From Lachnospiraceae bacterium (lineage in GTDB: Bacteria > Bacillota > Clostridia > Lachnospirales > Lachnospiraceae), in NCBI GenBank assembly GCA_022510725.1, contig JAFLSW010000010.1, positions 5,267-69,266 of the forward strand: a DNA stretch of 64,000 bases, in the 5' to 3' direction. The notes under the pieces were generated by a model. It was not told the origin of the DNA. It saw only the letters and a list, made by a program, of their open reading frames with translations, and searched no databases. Position 1 is the first letter of the stretch. Each line of letters begins with the position of its first letter. Positions 44,555 to 54,108 of this stretch are shown here, piece after piece. Made by a program: the position numbers and the translations under genes.

Positions 44555-45424
44555 ATGAAGACCATCAGTCAGGTTGCAAAGATAACAGGGATCAGTACGC
44601 GGACCTTGCAGTACTATGATGAAATCGATCTGTTAAAGCCAAGCAAAACCACCGATTCCGGTTATCGCTTATATGATGACGAAGCTTTGGAAAAGCTACA
44701 GCAAATCTTGTTTTTTAAGGAGCTGGGATTCCAATTAAAGGAGATCAAAGAAATTCTGGAGAAACCGGACTTTGATAAGATCAAGGCTTTTAAGAAACAA
44801 AAGGAGCTACTTTATCTAAGACGCAATCGGACAGACCGATTGATCTCACTCCTTGACCGATTGGAGAAAGGAGAAACATGTATGAGTTTTAAAGAATTTG
44901 ATCTGTCGGAGTATATTGAGGCGTTGGAAGATTTTAAGTCTAATCAGACAGAAGAAATTATCAAGCATTGGGGAAGCATTGAGAATTTTGATATGTTTAT
45001 TCAAAAAATCAGAGATGATGAAGAGCGGGTGGCAAGGAGTGCCATTCAAGAATTCGGCAGTATTGAAAACTATACCAAAGCTGTGAAGTATAATTTGGAA
45101 CATTTCTCTGAGATCATGGAAGGAAAGCTTTCACAGATTCCGGAAGAAATGAAAAACGAAGATAAGTTTCTGAAATTAGCTTCTCATAAAGGAGAAGATG
45201 TTGCTTCTGACAGCATTCAAAATATGGTGAAAGAGATCATCGCTTATGCCCGTGGAAGTTCTGTGTCCGAATTTATTGAAGATGATGAGCATTTTTGTAA
45301 TATAATTATCGGTACTTATTCCAATGATTATTTAAAGAAAATATTTGACACAAAGTATGGGGAAGGGAGTTGCGATTATATTGTGGAGGCGTTTCGGTGT
45401 TACTCTAAAAATAAATGCTCTTAA
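44555..45424 (+). CDS. MerR family transcriptional regulator (Mta/TipA-like)
   Basis: ISTRTLQYYDEIDLL and GYRLY motifs; long C-terminal effector domain. Confidence 0.9.
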   Translation: MKTISQVAKITGISTRTLQYYDEIDLLKPSKTTDSGYRLYDDEALEKLQQILFFKELGFQLKEIKEILEKPDFDKIKAFKKQKELLYLRRNRTDRLISLLDRLEKGETCMSFKEFDLSEYIEALEDFKSNQTEEIIKHWGSIENFDMFIQKIRDDEERVARSAIQEFGSIENYTKAVKYNLEHFSEIMEGKLSQIPEEMKNEDKFLKLASHKGEDVASDSIQNMVKEIIAYARGSSVSEFIEDDEHFCNIIIGTYSNDYLKKIFDTKYGEGSCDYIVEAFRCYSKNKCS

Positions 45425-45499
45425 GACTAAACAGAATTTTGCAGGGTATAACAATGACACATTTAGATATTGCTATGGATAAAATTTGAGAAATAGGAG

Positions 45500-45531
45500 A
45501 AAAGCTGCCGACTTGATGGTTGGCAGCTTTT
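45500..45531. terminator. Bidirectional terminator at the left edge of the AT-rich region
   Basis: AAAAGCTGCC ... GGCAGCTTTT. Confidence 0.75.
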
Positions 45532-45572
45532 TGATCCTCTAGCAATCCATATATTCCTTTATATACATTTTG

Positions 45573-46745
45573 CTATTTACCATCTATTATCTCTTTAATT
45601 GTTTGGGCATTATCAGTTAAATTCTTCATCTGTTTTAGTATTTTTTTATAAAAAGACTTAATATCATAGTCGGTTAAAATACTATATACTTGACGATTTT
45701 CAATAGCTATATTAATTAAGGTTTCTAAATCTTCATTTTTCCATCCACTACACTTTTTTAACTTATCTATTATTAAATGGGTATTCGCAAAACTTCTACT
45801 ATTTTCAAGAGAAATAATTAAATTCTTTTTCTCCTTTTCTTCATCATTATTTTGTTTATCTGCATCAACAAATTCTTTTTTATATTGATAGTGAATAGTT
45901 TCCAATTTTTCATTTGATGCAGTTCTATCAATTATTGATTTAACAAGCTTATCCAATTCTGTTCCTTCAGAATAATCAGCGGGTACAAAAAAACGGATTC
46001 TATTGTCACGCATCATTTTATAAACTTTACTTTTATCTTGATTATTATCATCATATACACCGATTGAATGACCGCCATATGTATTAACCAGTTTCATGCA
46101 AGGTATATCTGTATCACTGTCACCAATATAAATTATATTGCGAAAAGGTATTCTTATTTCTTCTGGCGGGAAATAATCATTTACTCCTTGATCATTAACA
46201 TCTAATACTCCTTTTTCTATTCTAAACAAAAATTGTGTTTTACTAGTATAATTAATTACCTGTGCTGGCCATATAGCTACTCCATGCTCATCATAATAGA
46301 ATGAACTAGCATATATTTTCTCAAATGCACCTGCTTTTGCAACAGAAGTTCCTTCAATCATTTCTTTTAATCCAGAGGAAATAATATAATGCTCAATAAT
46401 GACACCTTTACTTTTTCCATACTTTCTTACTCTTTCAAACCAGGTATCAACACCAGGATATAATTTGACCTCTGCACCATATTTATTCAGAGCTTCTTCA
46501 TTAAAAACAAAATTACCTTTTGCTTCTTCTATCATTTTATACATATAAGCCAAATTTTGATCCATATCATTCTCTTCTGCAAGCTGATTAGACTCCGTCC
46601 AAAAGTCAGCAACATCATATCCAACAGACTGAATATATCCTTGCGCTTGCATATCATCCGGTGATAGAGTTTTGTCAAAGTCATAACATATTGCTAGAAC
46701 TGGTTTATTTTCTTTTACTTTCCTCTCAAACTGTTTCTTACCCAT
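45573..46745 (-). CDS. HAD-superfamily hydrolase with a C-terminal helical extension
   Basis: DFDKT (motif I), ISSG (motif II) and GDSDTD (motif IV). Confidence 0.82.
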   Translation of the reverse strand: MGKKQFERKVKENKPVLAICYDFDKTLSPDDMQAQGYIQSVGYDVADFWTESNQLAEENDMDQNLAYMYKMIEEAKGNFVFNEEALNKYGAEVKLYPGVDTWFERVRKYGKSKGVIIEHYIISSGLKEMIEGTSVAKAGAFEKIYASSFYYDEHGVAIWPAQVINYTSKTQFLFRIEKGVLDVNDQGVNDYFPPEEIRIPFRNIIYIGDSDTDIPCMKLVNTYGGHSIGVYDDNNQDKSKVYKMMRDNRIRFFVPADYSEGTELDKLVKSIIDRTASNEKLETIHYQYKKEFVDADKQNNDEEKEKKNLIISLENSRSFANTHLIIDKLKKCSGWKNEDLETLINIAIENRQVYSILTDYDIKSFYKKILKQMKNLTDNAQTIKEIIDGK

Positions 46746-46783
46746 ATGAATCTCTCCTTTGAATTTTATATATAATGGTTTGG

Positions 46784-47755
46784 TTAATTTATATAGTCTA
46801 TTTTATAAATATTAGTGATATAAGTCTCTATATTATGCTTTGGTATTATTTTTTGATATTTTTTATCAATTTTAATACCGTCATCAGATTTATATAACTG
46901 GCATAATATATAAACATCTTCATTTTCATATACTATGGCATATATTGAGCATATCATAGCATTCTCTAATTCAAATACATTTTCATCTGTTAATTGACCT
47001 TCACTTTCTTCATATATAACTTTAAAGATGGATTTTTGGCTTTCTATAAACATCCCACACACATATGTGTAAATCGTTAAAAAAGAAACCATAAAAACAA
47101 CTAATAATAAAGAAAATAAAGGATTGGATTTTACTACTTTTTTCTCATCTTCTGATAAACCCTTTACAATATTCTTTTTATTAATTAGATGTGCATAACG
47201 AATTCCCGGAAGATTTATTATAAAAATATAAAATATAAGTAGTATTAATAAAACACACCAAGTTGTAGAAGTATAATTAGCAACTTCTCTAATTACATCC
47301 AAAATTCTATAGCTAGATTGTAAAAAAGATATAAATAATATAAATAATATTTCAAATATAAAAAATAGTGATTTTTTTAGATGTCGTTTTATATGAAATT
47401 TATTATTATCTTCCTGTGTTGCAATAATAAAATAAATAAGATTCATGAATAGCCAAAAAACCATTATTGCTATATACTCAATTATTTCAAGAAAGAAATT
47501 ATCATTTAGAGATATGTAAGACTTATTTATATTATATACAGAAAATTTTGCTGATTGAAATGTATACCCCAATGAACGAATTATCCAAATACAAATTGTT
47601 GTTATAGCTATAAGCATTGCACTAAATTTTTCAAAATGTTTTTTAGCATATATTCTTATTTTTCTGTAAAGTCTATATAGTATCTTTACATAATAATTCT
47701 TATATAAAGAAACAGACTTTTCATTAGATTTAGCAGTAAAATTGTTTTCTTTCAT
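46784..47755 (-). CDS. Hypothetical multi-pass membrane protein
   Basis: About five hydrophobic segments and a soluble C-terminus; ends 38 nt upstream of the HAD gene. Confidence 0.65.
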   Translation of the reverse strand: MKENNFTAKSNEKSVSLYKNYYVKILYRLYRKIRIYAKKHFEKFSAMLIAITTICIWIIRSLGYTFQSAKFSVYNINKSYISLNDNFFLEIIEYIAIMVFWLFMNLIYFIIATQEDNNKFHIKRHLKKSLFFIFEILFILFISFLQSSYRILDVIREVANYTSTTWCVLLILLIFYIFIINLPGIRYAHLINKKNIVKGLSEDEKKVVKSNPLFSLLLVVFMVSFLTIYTYVCGMFIESQKSIFKVIYEESEGQLTDENVFELENAMICSIYAIVYENEDVYILCQLYKSDDGIKIDKKYQKIIPKHNIETYITNIYKIDYIN

Positions 47756-47815
47756 TATTACACCTTTACTTCTTATTTAATTTTATAATTAAAGGATTAT
47801 TTTTTACAAATTAAT

Positions 47816-47923
47816 GCACCCAATCCACAGAGCCCTAGATTATAGAAACTTTTTATCTTTTGTGAATTGGGTGCGATAGATTTAATTTACAAATTTTCTC
47901 TTATATTGACAAATTATATCAAT
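47816..47923. repeat. Copy 1 of a ~108-bp repeated element (inverted repeat plus extended -10 promoter)
   Basis: Shares an identical 19-mer TTTTATCTTTTGTGAATTG and a 22/24 match CTTATATT(G/C)ACAAATTATA(T/C)CAAT with 53981-54086. Confidence 0.75.
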
Positions 47924-48036
47924 GTATGAGTAAAAAGTCCAGTAAATTAATATATAATTAATAAAAAATAGAGTCTTTAATTTGTAAGACTCTATCTCCA
48001 CCTTTTCATTTAAATTCTATACCAATCTTTAAATTT

Positions 48037-49005
48037 TTAACTCAATTCTTGCGCCTGATAGATCAACATGTCCCCAACCATAATCTCAGAAAGATCAGCT
48101 GGCACAATAACTGCCCCATTACGAATAAATACTACTATATCAATCTGATAATCATTTTCTACCGCCTTTACACACTGACCTTTAAAAGGGCTTGTCTCAT
48201 CTACAATCACACTTACAGTTCCTCTTACATTTCTTTTAGTTTCGTTATGATTTTGCATCTGCGTATAACGCTCTACGAAACCGGCAGAAATGATACCGGT
48301 TGGAATGGCCACTACGCCGACCCCCAAAAAAGATATGATAATTGCCATAAGTTGTCCAATTAGGGTAATCGGATAGATATCGCCATATCCCACAGTCAAA
48401 ATTGTAGACATACTCCACCAAATTCCCGAAAAGGCATTACTAAACACTTCCGGCTGCACATCATGTTCTACATTGTACATACACAAAGAGGATGCCATCA
48501 TTAAGACCATAATAATAAAAATAGAGGATATAAGTTGATTTCTTTTTTCACTCAAAACAGAAGTTATAACATTAATAGAATCATAGTATGCATTAATCCT
48601 AAACAAATGTAATATTCTAACTACACGCAACATCCTGAAAGCAATAAATCCTGATAAAAAGAAGAAAGGTAAAATCGTACACAGGTCTACAATCCCCTCA
48701 AAGGAAATCAGGAATCGCAGCATTGCCCTTCCTCTACTTTTATTAGGGTAAAGATATTCCGCCGTCCATATTCGTAACAAATATTCTATTAAAAATATTA
48801 TGACTGTAGCTAATTCTATTACACGCAGAATATTAGAATATTTTCCTACTTCATCAAATGTTTCTAAGAATAAAACTGCTATATTTGCAATAATAGCTCC
48901 TACAATGAGGAAATCAAAAATACGACTGGCAAGATCTTCCTTCTTGCCAATCTGGATGATGTCAAAAATGCGGTTTTTTCTTTTCTCATAAGTTAATGAA
49001 TTCAT
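48037..49005 (-). CDS. Potassium channel family ion transporter (6-TM)
   Basis: TVGYGD selectivity filter and an S4-like RMLRVVRILHLFR segment. Confidence 0.88.
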   Translation of the reverse strand: MNSLTYEKRKNRIFDIIQIGKKEDLASRIFDFLIVGAIIANIAVLFLETFDEVGKYSNILRVIELATVIIFLIEYLLRIWTAEYLYPNKSRGRAMLRFLISFEGIVDLCTILPFFFLSGFIAFRMLRVVRILHLFRINAYYDSINVITSVLSEKRNQLISSIFIIMVLMMASSLCMYNVEHDVQPEVFSNAFSGIWWSMSTILTVGYGDIYPITLIGQLMAIIISFLGVGVVAIPTGIISAGFVERYTQMQNHNETKRNVRGTVSVIVDETSPFKGQCVKAVENDYQIDIVVFIRNGAVIVPADLSEIMVGDMLIYQAQELS

Positions 49006-49719
49006 GAGTCTTCCCTTTTATCATTTATTCCTTTAGATTTTAAATTCAACAAATTATTATAAGTAGTATTCAGAAGCAATAATTAATATTTTATTTAAAC
49101 TCTGACAATTCATAATTTTATATCCAACCTGCGTATTGATTCCCCCTTCATCTTCCCAACTAATTTCTCCCATTTTTTATATTTATCAGATCGGTTTAAT
49201 TATATCCTTGATATCAACTTCTATATTGTAATCGTAATTGTTCATTATATCATATATAATTAATGTCAATTTTGGAAAATCATATAATTAGAATGTTTTA
49301 TATACTTCCTCATATGATATGTTTATAGAGTTTGAAATTTTATATAATTTATTAGACATCTTTTTAAGGATTTTGGATTCTTTATGTATAATATTTTGAA
49401 TTCACTCTGAAAATAAAGAAGAAATATTATCAATCCACTGTAAACTTTGTACTTGTAAAATTGACTTAAAAGTTCCATCAATTTATTTTGTACCATTGTT
49501 AAGAATTCATCAAATATTTCTAGCATATTGTTTTAGACAAAATTTGATTTATAAGTTCTGCAGTCCTCACAAAAGGATCATTTAAATTAGACATAGCAGT
49601 TTTTACTCCTTCAATGTATCCTACATCGTTACAACAACACAATTAATTCTTGCCTTCCAATTATTTGCCACCAAAATGTTATCCTCATAGCTCTCTAATT
49701 CTTCAATACATACCACATA

Positions 49720-50703
49720 TTATAAAACAACCGATGTTTCAAAGATTGCAGGATAATATCTATAAATCTTTTGGTAGGTCTCTATTTCCTCCTTTAACAA
49801 AAATTGAGCTTCTTTAATTGGATATGTTATATTAGGCATGTTGCGATTAAGTACTGTTAATTCCTTATATGTAAAATTAGGAACAGTAATATCATAGGGA
49901 GTATACGAATCATTATAGAATTCTAATTCTGAAAAATTACAATTAGCATATTTTTTAGCATCTTTATTTTTATATAATATCCATCCCATTGTTAGCATAA
50001 TTGCTTTTGAATCATTATATTTAAAATATACTAATTGCTGACATTGATATTTTTCATTTTCAGACAATATTGTCCGATTTCTTTCTAATATTTTATTCCT
50101 TACTACCATATCAAACATCTTATTAGTTGTTTGATATATTTTTTCTTTTGACATATCCTTAGGCTTGATACATTTAACAAGTGCTTCGTTATCTATTCTA
50201 GAGCAATACATTTTTAATTTTTCATTGGGAGATTTTTGCTGAAATTCATTTCCCAAATCCGAATTGAAGCTTATAAAAATGACACTTCCCGAGTCGACTT
50301 TTCCCACACAATTCTCAACATCTTGCAATTGCTCGCCAGTTATCCCACCATCATAATCTAACCAAATAATATTTTTTTTGTTATTCCACTTCAAACGAGA
50401 ACTATTTAATATATCAGATGCTTTACCAAACATCATGTTAATACAATTAAAGGGTTTATTAAATTCAAATCGTTCCTTATTCTTTTTATCTGAATTTATC
50501 TCCATACTGTACATCTCATTTATCCCAAATTCTTTATGGAACAAAGAAAAATCAACAAAATATTTAGCTCCCATTCCAATATATCTATAATTACATATTT
50601 GATCAAAGGCAACTAGTCTTGAAATCATTTCACACATCATTCGTCTTTCAATACTTTTACATGGCCGTATATTATAATTGACACTGACACTGCTTCCAGA
50701 CAT
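49720..50703 (-). CDS. Putative class I SAM-dependent methyltransferase-like protein
   Basis: YIGMG (motif I-like), SME acidic residue and IIWLDYDG (motif IV-like). The ATG overlaps the upstream stop (TGATG) behind GGAGG. Confidence 0.55.
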   Translation of the reverse strand: MSGSSVSVNYNIRPCKSIERRMMCEMISRLVAFDQICNYRYIGMGAKYFVDFSLFHKEFGINEMYSMEINSDKKNKERFEFNKPFNCINMMFGKASDILNSSRLKWNNKKNIIWLDYDGGITGEQLQDVENCVGKVDSGSVIFISFNSDLGNEFQQKSPNEKLKMYCSRIDNEALVKCIKPKDMSKEKIYQTTNKMFDMVVRNKILERNRTILSENEKYQCQQLVYFKYNDSKAIMLTMGWILYKNKDAKKYANCNFSELEFYNDSYTPYDITVPNFTYKELTVLNRNMPNITYPIKEAQFLLKEEIETYQKIYRYYPAIFETSVVL

Positions 50704-51995
50704 CAAATTTCCTCCATTTCACAATAATATTCAAAAAGCTTTTCTCCTACTACCTTATTAGTCTTTTCCCCCATATTGTCTTTAACTTTATCCACTTCTA
50801 CAGTTGGTTTTGAAAAAGTTATTTTGGTCATTGATATTTTCTGTTCTGGTTCTATAATATTAAAATCTACATTTTGATTGATCTTAGCAATTCTACTATA
50901 TGTTAGTTCTTCCTTTTTCGCTTTACATATAAAATCTAAGTCTTTTAAATCATTAACATCATATTTTCTTTTCAGTTCATCTATTAATTTAAAAATTTGC
51001 ACCATAGCCTCATGCATTTTCTGGGTTGCTATAATATATAATCTATTTGAGGTATCGACCCCTGTTTTAGTCGTATTCCATGGCAAAGCCAATAAATCTT
51101 TCGACTCAAAATAAACATATCCCCTAAACTCAGCTAAGCTATTGTGGTATATTCGAGTATTATTTCCCCATCCGGTTAAGCTGGTTTTATCTGCATATAA
51201 AACCAGTCTTCCATTACAATAAATGTACCACCCGGCTTTATTGGGTTCTCCCTTTTCAGTAATACCCGCTATAATAGTAATAGTTCCTTGGCTGTCTTTA
51301 ATTTTAAAATTATATGGCTGTATATTTTTGGATTCCAGTAACTTTTCTTTTCCATAATCAATTGTTATGCCATTAACTTCTATTCTTAGTCCATTCTCTG
51401 CTTCAACCGTCCTATACTTTTGTATATAATCAATTAATGAATTTATGAAGAGTTCGCTTTCGAATTTTGCTGTTATATCATCATTTAAATCTTCTACAAT
51501 TATCTTTGTTCCAGTTTCTGTATTCTTTAATCCGGTTTCTGCTTTCTCAAATTGAAAATTCCATTCATCATCTTTCAGCCATTTATTAACATCAACTTTC
51601 AACACAAAATGCTCTGTATTTGTTGTAGAAATTATCTCAAATTTATTCCCCAATTTAAAAAGCGTTCGCTTCATACCTATACCAAAAATACCTGTAAAAA
51701 AGGCTGCTGTTCCCTCCTTGCGACTAGAAGGCCTGCCAAATTTAAATGCATAAGTTCGAGCAGTCTCAATATCAATTCCTCCACAGTTATCTTCAATAAT
51801 AAATTTATCACTTGACATCTCAATCCTAATAAATAAATCATTATAATTTTTATTTGGCCGAGTTCTTTTAGCCCCATCAATTGAATTATCAATCAGTTCA
51901 ACAATTGCAGGTTTCACATCAATATCTCTTGTTAACATATAAATAAAAAAATCCTTTGTTGGGCTAGCATCAACCTTCTTATTTTGTGTTTCCAT
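50703..51995 (-). CDS. GHKL (MutL/MORC-like) ATPase
   Basis: ELIDNSID, DNCGGI, GIFGIGMK and GTKI Bergerat-fold motifs. Confidence 0.85.
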   Translation of the reverse strand: METQNKKVDASPTKDFFIYMLTRDIDVKPAIVELIDNSIDGAKRTRPNKNYNDLFIRIEMSSDKFIIEDNCGGIDIETARTYAFKFGRPSSRKEGTAAFFTGIFGIGMKRTLFKLGNKFEIISTTNTEHFVLKVDVNKWLKDDEWNFQFEKAETGLKNTETGTKIIVEDLNDDITAKFESELFINSLIDYIQKYRTVEAENGLRIEVNGITIDYGKEKLLESKNIQPYNFKIKDSQGTITIIAGITEKGEPNKAGWYIYCNGRLVLYADKTSLTGWGNNTRIYHNSLAEFRGYVYFESKDLLALPWNTTKTGVDTSNRLYIIATQKMHEAMVQIFKLIDELKRKYDVNDLKDLDFICKAKKEELTYSRIAKINQNVDFNIIEPEQKISMTKITFSKPTVEVDKVKDNMGEKTNKVVGEKLFEYYCEMEEI

Positions 51996-52992
51996 TTGTT
52001 ATCCCTTCTTTCGCTACTCTTTTTTGTTGTATATATCTACGATAGGCTCTAGTATATTCATAAGACTCTTTAAAAACATTATTTACTGCATTAAACAAAG
52101 CGGGTTCATATTCTTTCATAACATGTAATTCTTCTTCAAAGTTCCTTGCAAAGGGGCACCCAGCACAACCCGTTCTTTTTAATCCATATTCACTATAACA
52201 TCTACTATGATCCACATTATAATGCTCTTCATATATTTTTTTTGTTTCATTTAAATACCAAAATATTGGTCTATATTCATCGCCATCGTCATTAGTAGAA
52301 AAACAGGTTTTATAAGCTGATCGCCTTGCTCCACCTTCTGATTTTCTCACTCCATATATATTCAAATCAAATTTTTCTTGCTTTCTAAATTTTAATGCAA
52401 CCTTTTTTTTTGCATAATAGCAACACTTATTTGATATTTTAAAAGTGGGTGGATTTGTAATCATAAATTCTTTTAAATACTGATTATACGCTATATTAAA
52501 ACTACTTTCTTTTCCAGTTTCTGACTTCTGAAAGTCATTACACCACCACCGCAAAGCGGCTCTACATTGCGGATACCTTTGATATAATACATCAAACGAC
52601 TCCTCTTCCCACTGGAAATTATGTTTCTGTAACCTTTCAATCCATTCACTAACTTGCTTAGAAATAAATGGCTGTCCATATGTTTTACAACAATGAGGTA
52701 TTGATTTTTCTGCTCTAATGCGTTCAACATGTACTCCATACTTGTTCTCCAAATAGCTTATATGCTCTTTTGTTGCATTAAACTCAAGCCCTGTATCAAA
52801 AAATGCATATGTGATTTTATTAGATTCATCAAATTTTTCGCAAAGATCAATTAATATATCACTATCACTCCCACCACTGATTGAACATAGTATTTTATTA
52901 TACTGTTTTAGCTTTGCATGAGTAATTACAATGGAATCTGTAATTAATTGATTTTTTTCAGGTGCAACTTTTATTATTTCAAATAATTCCAT
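51979..52992 (-). CDS. PAPS-reductase family (PP-loop) protein with Fe-S cysteines
   Basis: SGGSDS PP-loop, KCC, GVRKSEG and RTGCAGCPF motifs. Confidence 0.85.
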   Translation of the reverse strand: MELFEIIKVAPEKNQLITDSIVITHAKLKQYNKILCSISGGSDSDILIDLCEKFDESNKITYAFFDTGLEFNATKEHISYLENKYGVHVERIRAEKSIPHCCKTYGQPFISKQVSEWIERLQKHNFQWEEESFDVLYQRYPQCRAALRWWCNDFQKSETGKESSFNIAYNQYLKEFMITNPPTFKISNKCCYYAKKKVALKFRKQEKFDLNIYGVRKSEGGARRSAYKTCFSTNDDGDEYRPIFWYLNETKKIYEEHYNVDHSRCYSEYGLKRTGCAGCPFARNFEEELHVMKEYEPALFNAVNNVFKESYEYTRAYRRYIQQKRVAKEGITNGNTK

Positions 52993-53201
52993 TATTTTTC
53001 CATATTCCTTTTTGTTATTTCAAATAATTTATTAACAAGATTCAATATCCTTAGATTAAGAATTGTCTTATACTCACCTTTTGCATATATCATCCACTTG
53101 ACCCAAATTCTTATTATGCTATGCCTATATAATTTACAATTTATACTCAAATTATTATATCTTTATAAGTTTTTCCAATCTGCTAGCATGATCCCATTCA
53201 T

Positions 53202-53230
53202 ATTATACTTAATGTATATTAAGTAAACAA
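53202..53230 (-). promoter_or_regulatory. Candidate promoter of the PAPS-GHKL-MTase operon with a palindrome in its spacer
   Basis: TTGTTT-17 nt-TATAAT, with TACTTAAT-GTAT-ATTAAGTA at 53206-53225. Confidence 0.45.
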
Positions 53231-53534
53231 GTTACTTTTGCTTTTTCTGACATTTGTTAATTATATTAATAAATACCAGAAAACTCTCGCAAAGATAATA
53301 GTGTTCCACTAACTAATTTCTTGTACTAATAGTATGAGTTTTTCAAAATTACAATAATTCATTTCAACACTTATTGTTGCTACAAAATTTTTTCTGTCAC
53401 CACTTTGTTACTAGCTACTAAATATATTTGTTATATAATTACTATTTAGAAATTGTTTATCTTTTAATCCTTTTAATTACGGTATTGCCATCTGGATATA
53501 TTCAATAAAAGCGGTCACAATACATAAATACTTA

Positions 53535-53963
53535 TTACAATAAATTAGACACACAAAAGAGGGATCTAACATGTCCTCTAATTATCATTCCACCCGGTAT
53601 AACAAAGAGCTCAAAAGAACCATCGTTTAACCTCTATTAAACCCCTCACCCACCGTAATATGTGGTACTCTGCTGTTAATGTTGGTGACGATGAAGTTCT
53701 TACCGCCAGACAAGTCAAGGAAAGCCAAAAACACAATGCCTGGTTTGAAGAAGATGATCTCATCCTAAAAAAGTGATTGCTATCTTCACACATATTTAAA
53801 CAACAATTAGCTACTATCCACAGGTTCAGATTCTGGCACATTGTCAAAACTTTATGCAGGATTTTAATCGTAAACAGAAGCACCTATTACAAATATTTTC
53901 ATTTACAGTCAGCTAAACATATTAGTGAAAATCATCGTATTGCCTCTTTGATCCTTCACTAAC
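53535..53963 (+). pseudogene. Degenerate IS3-family transposase remnant (orfA and start of orfB)
   Basis: OrfA-like VLTARQVKE...LILKK, an A6G -1 frameshift motif at 53767-53773, and OrfB-like KTLCRILIVNRSTYYK. Multiple internal stops. Confidence 0.75.
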
Positions 53964-53980
53964 AGATTTAACAATAAATA

Positions 53981-54086
53981 ACACCCAACCCACATACTTA
54001 TAGTCCTTAATCGCTTTTATCTTTTGTGAATTGAGTGTTTAATATTAAATTTATGTCTCTCCCTTATATTCACAAATTATACCAAT
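53981..54086. repeat. Copy 2 of the ~108-bp repeated element
   Basis: See copy 1; reads TGGTATAAT on the minus strand. Confidence 0.75.
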
Positions 54087-54108
54087 ATTCGACAAATAAG
54101 TCTAGCCC

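Noticed and set aside
49323-49718. 67-aa ORF and short coding-like fragments downstream of the methyltransferase-like gene
   Set aside because: No RBS or recognisable motif and several frame breaks. It may be a decayed gene but cannot be supported.
51979-52992. Calling the PAPS-reductase gene dndC/sspD or cysH
   Set aside because: No dndB/D/E, sspB/C/E or sulfate-assimilation genes are nearby. Only a family-level call is supported.
52992-53010. Mini-ORF ATG-GAA-AAA-TAA overlapping the PAPS-reductase start (possible A-tract phase switch)
   Set aside because: The tract is only five A's, and the AAGGA-to-ATG spacing is too short to be convincing.
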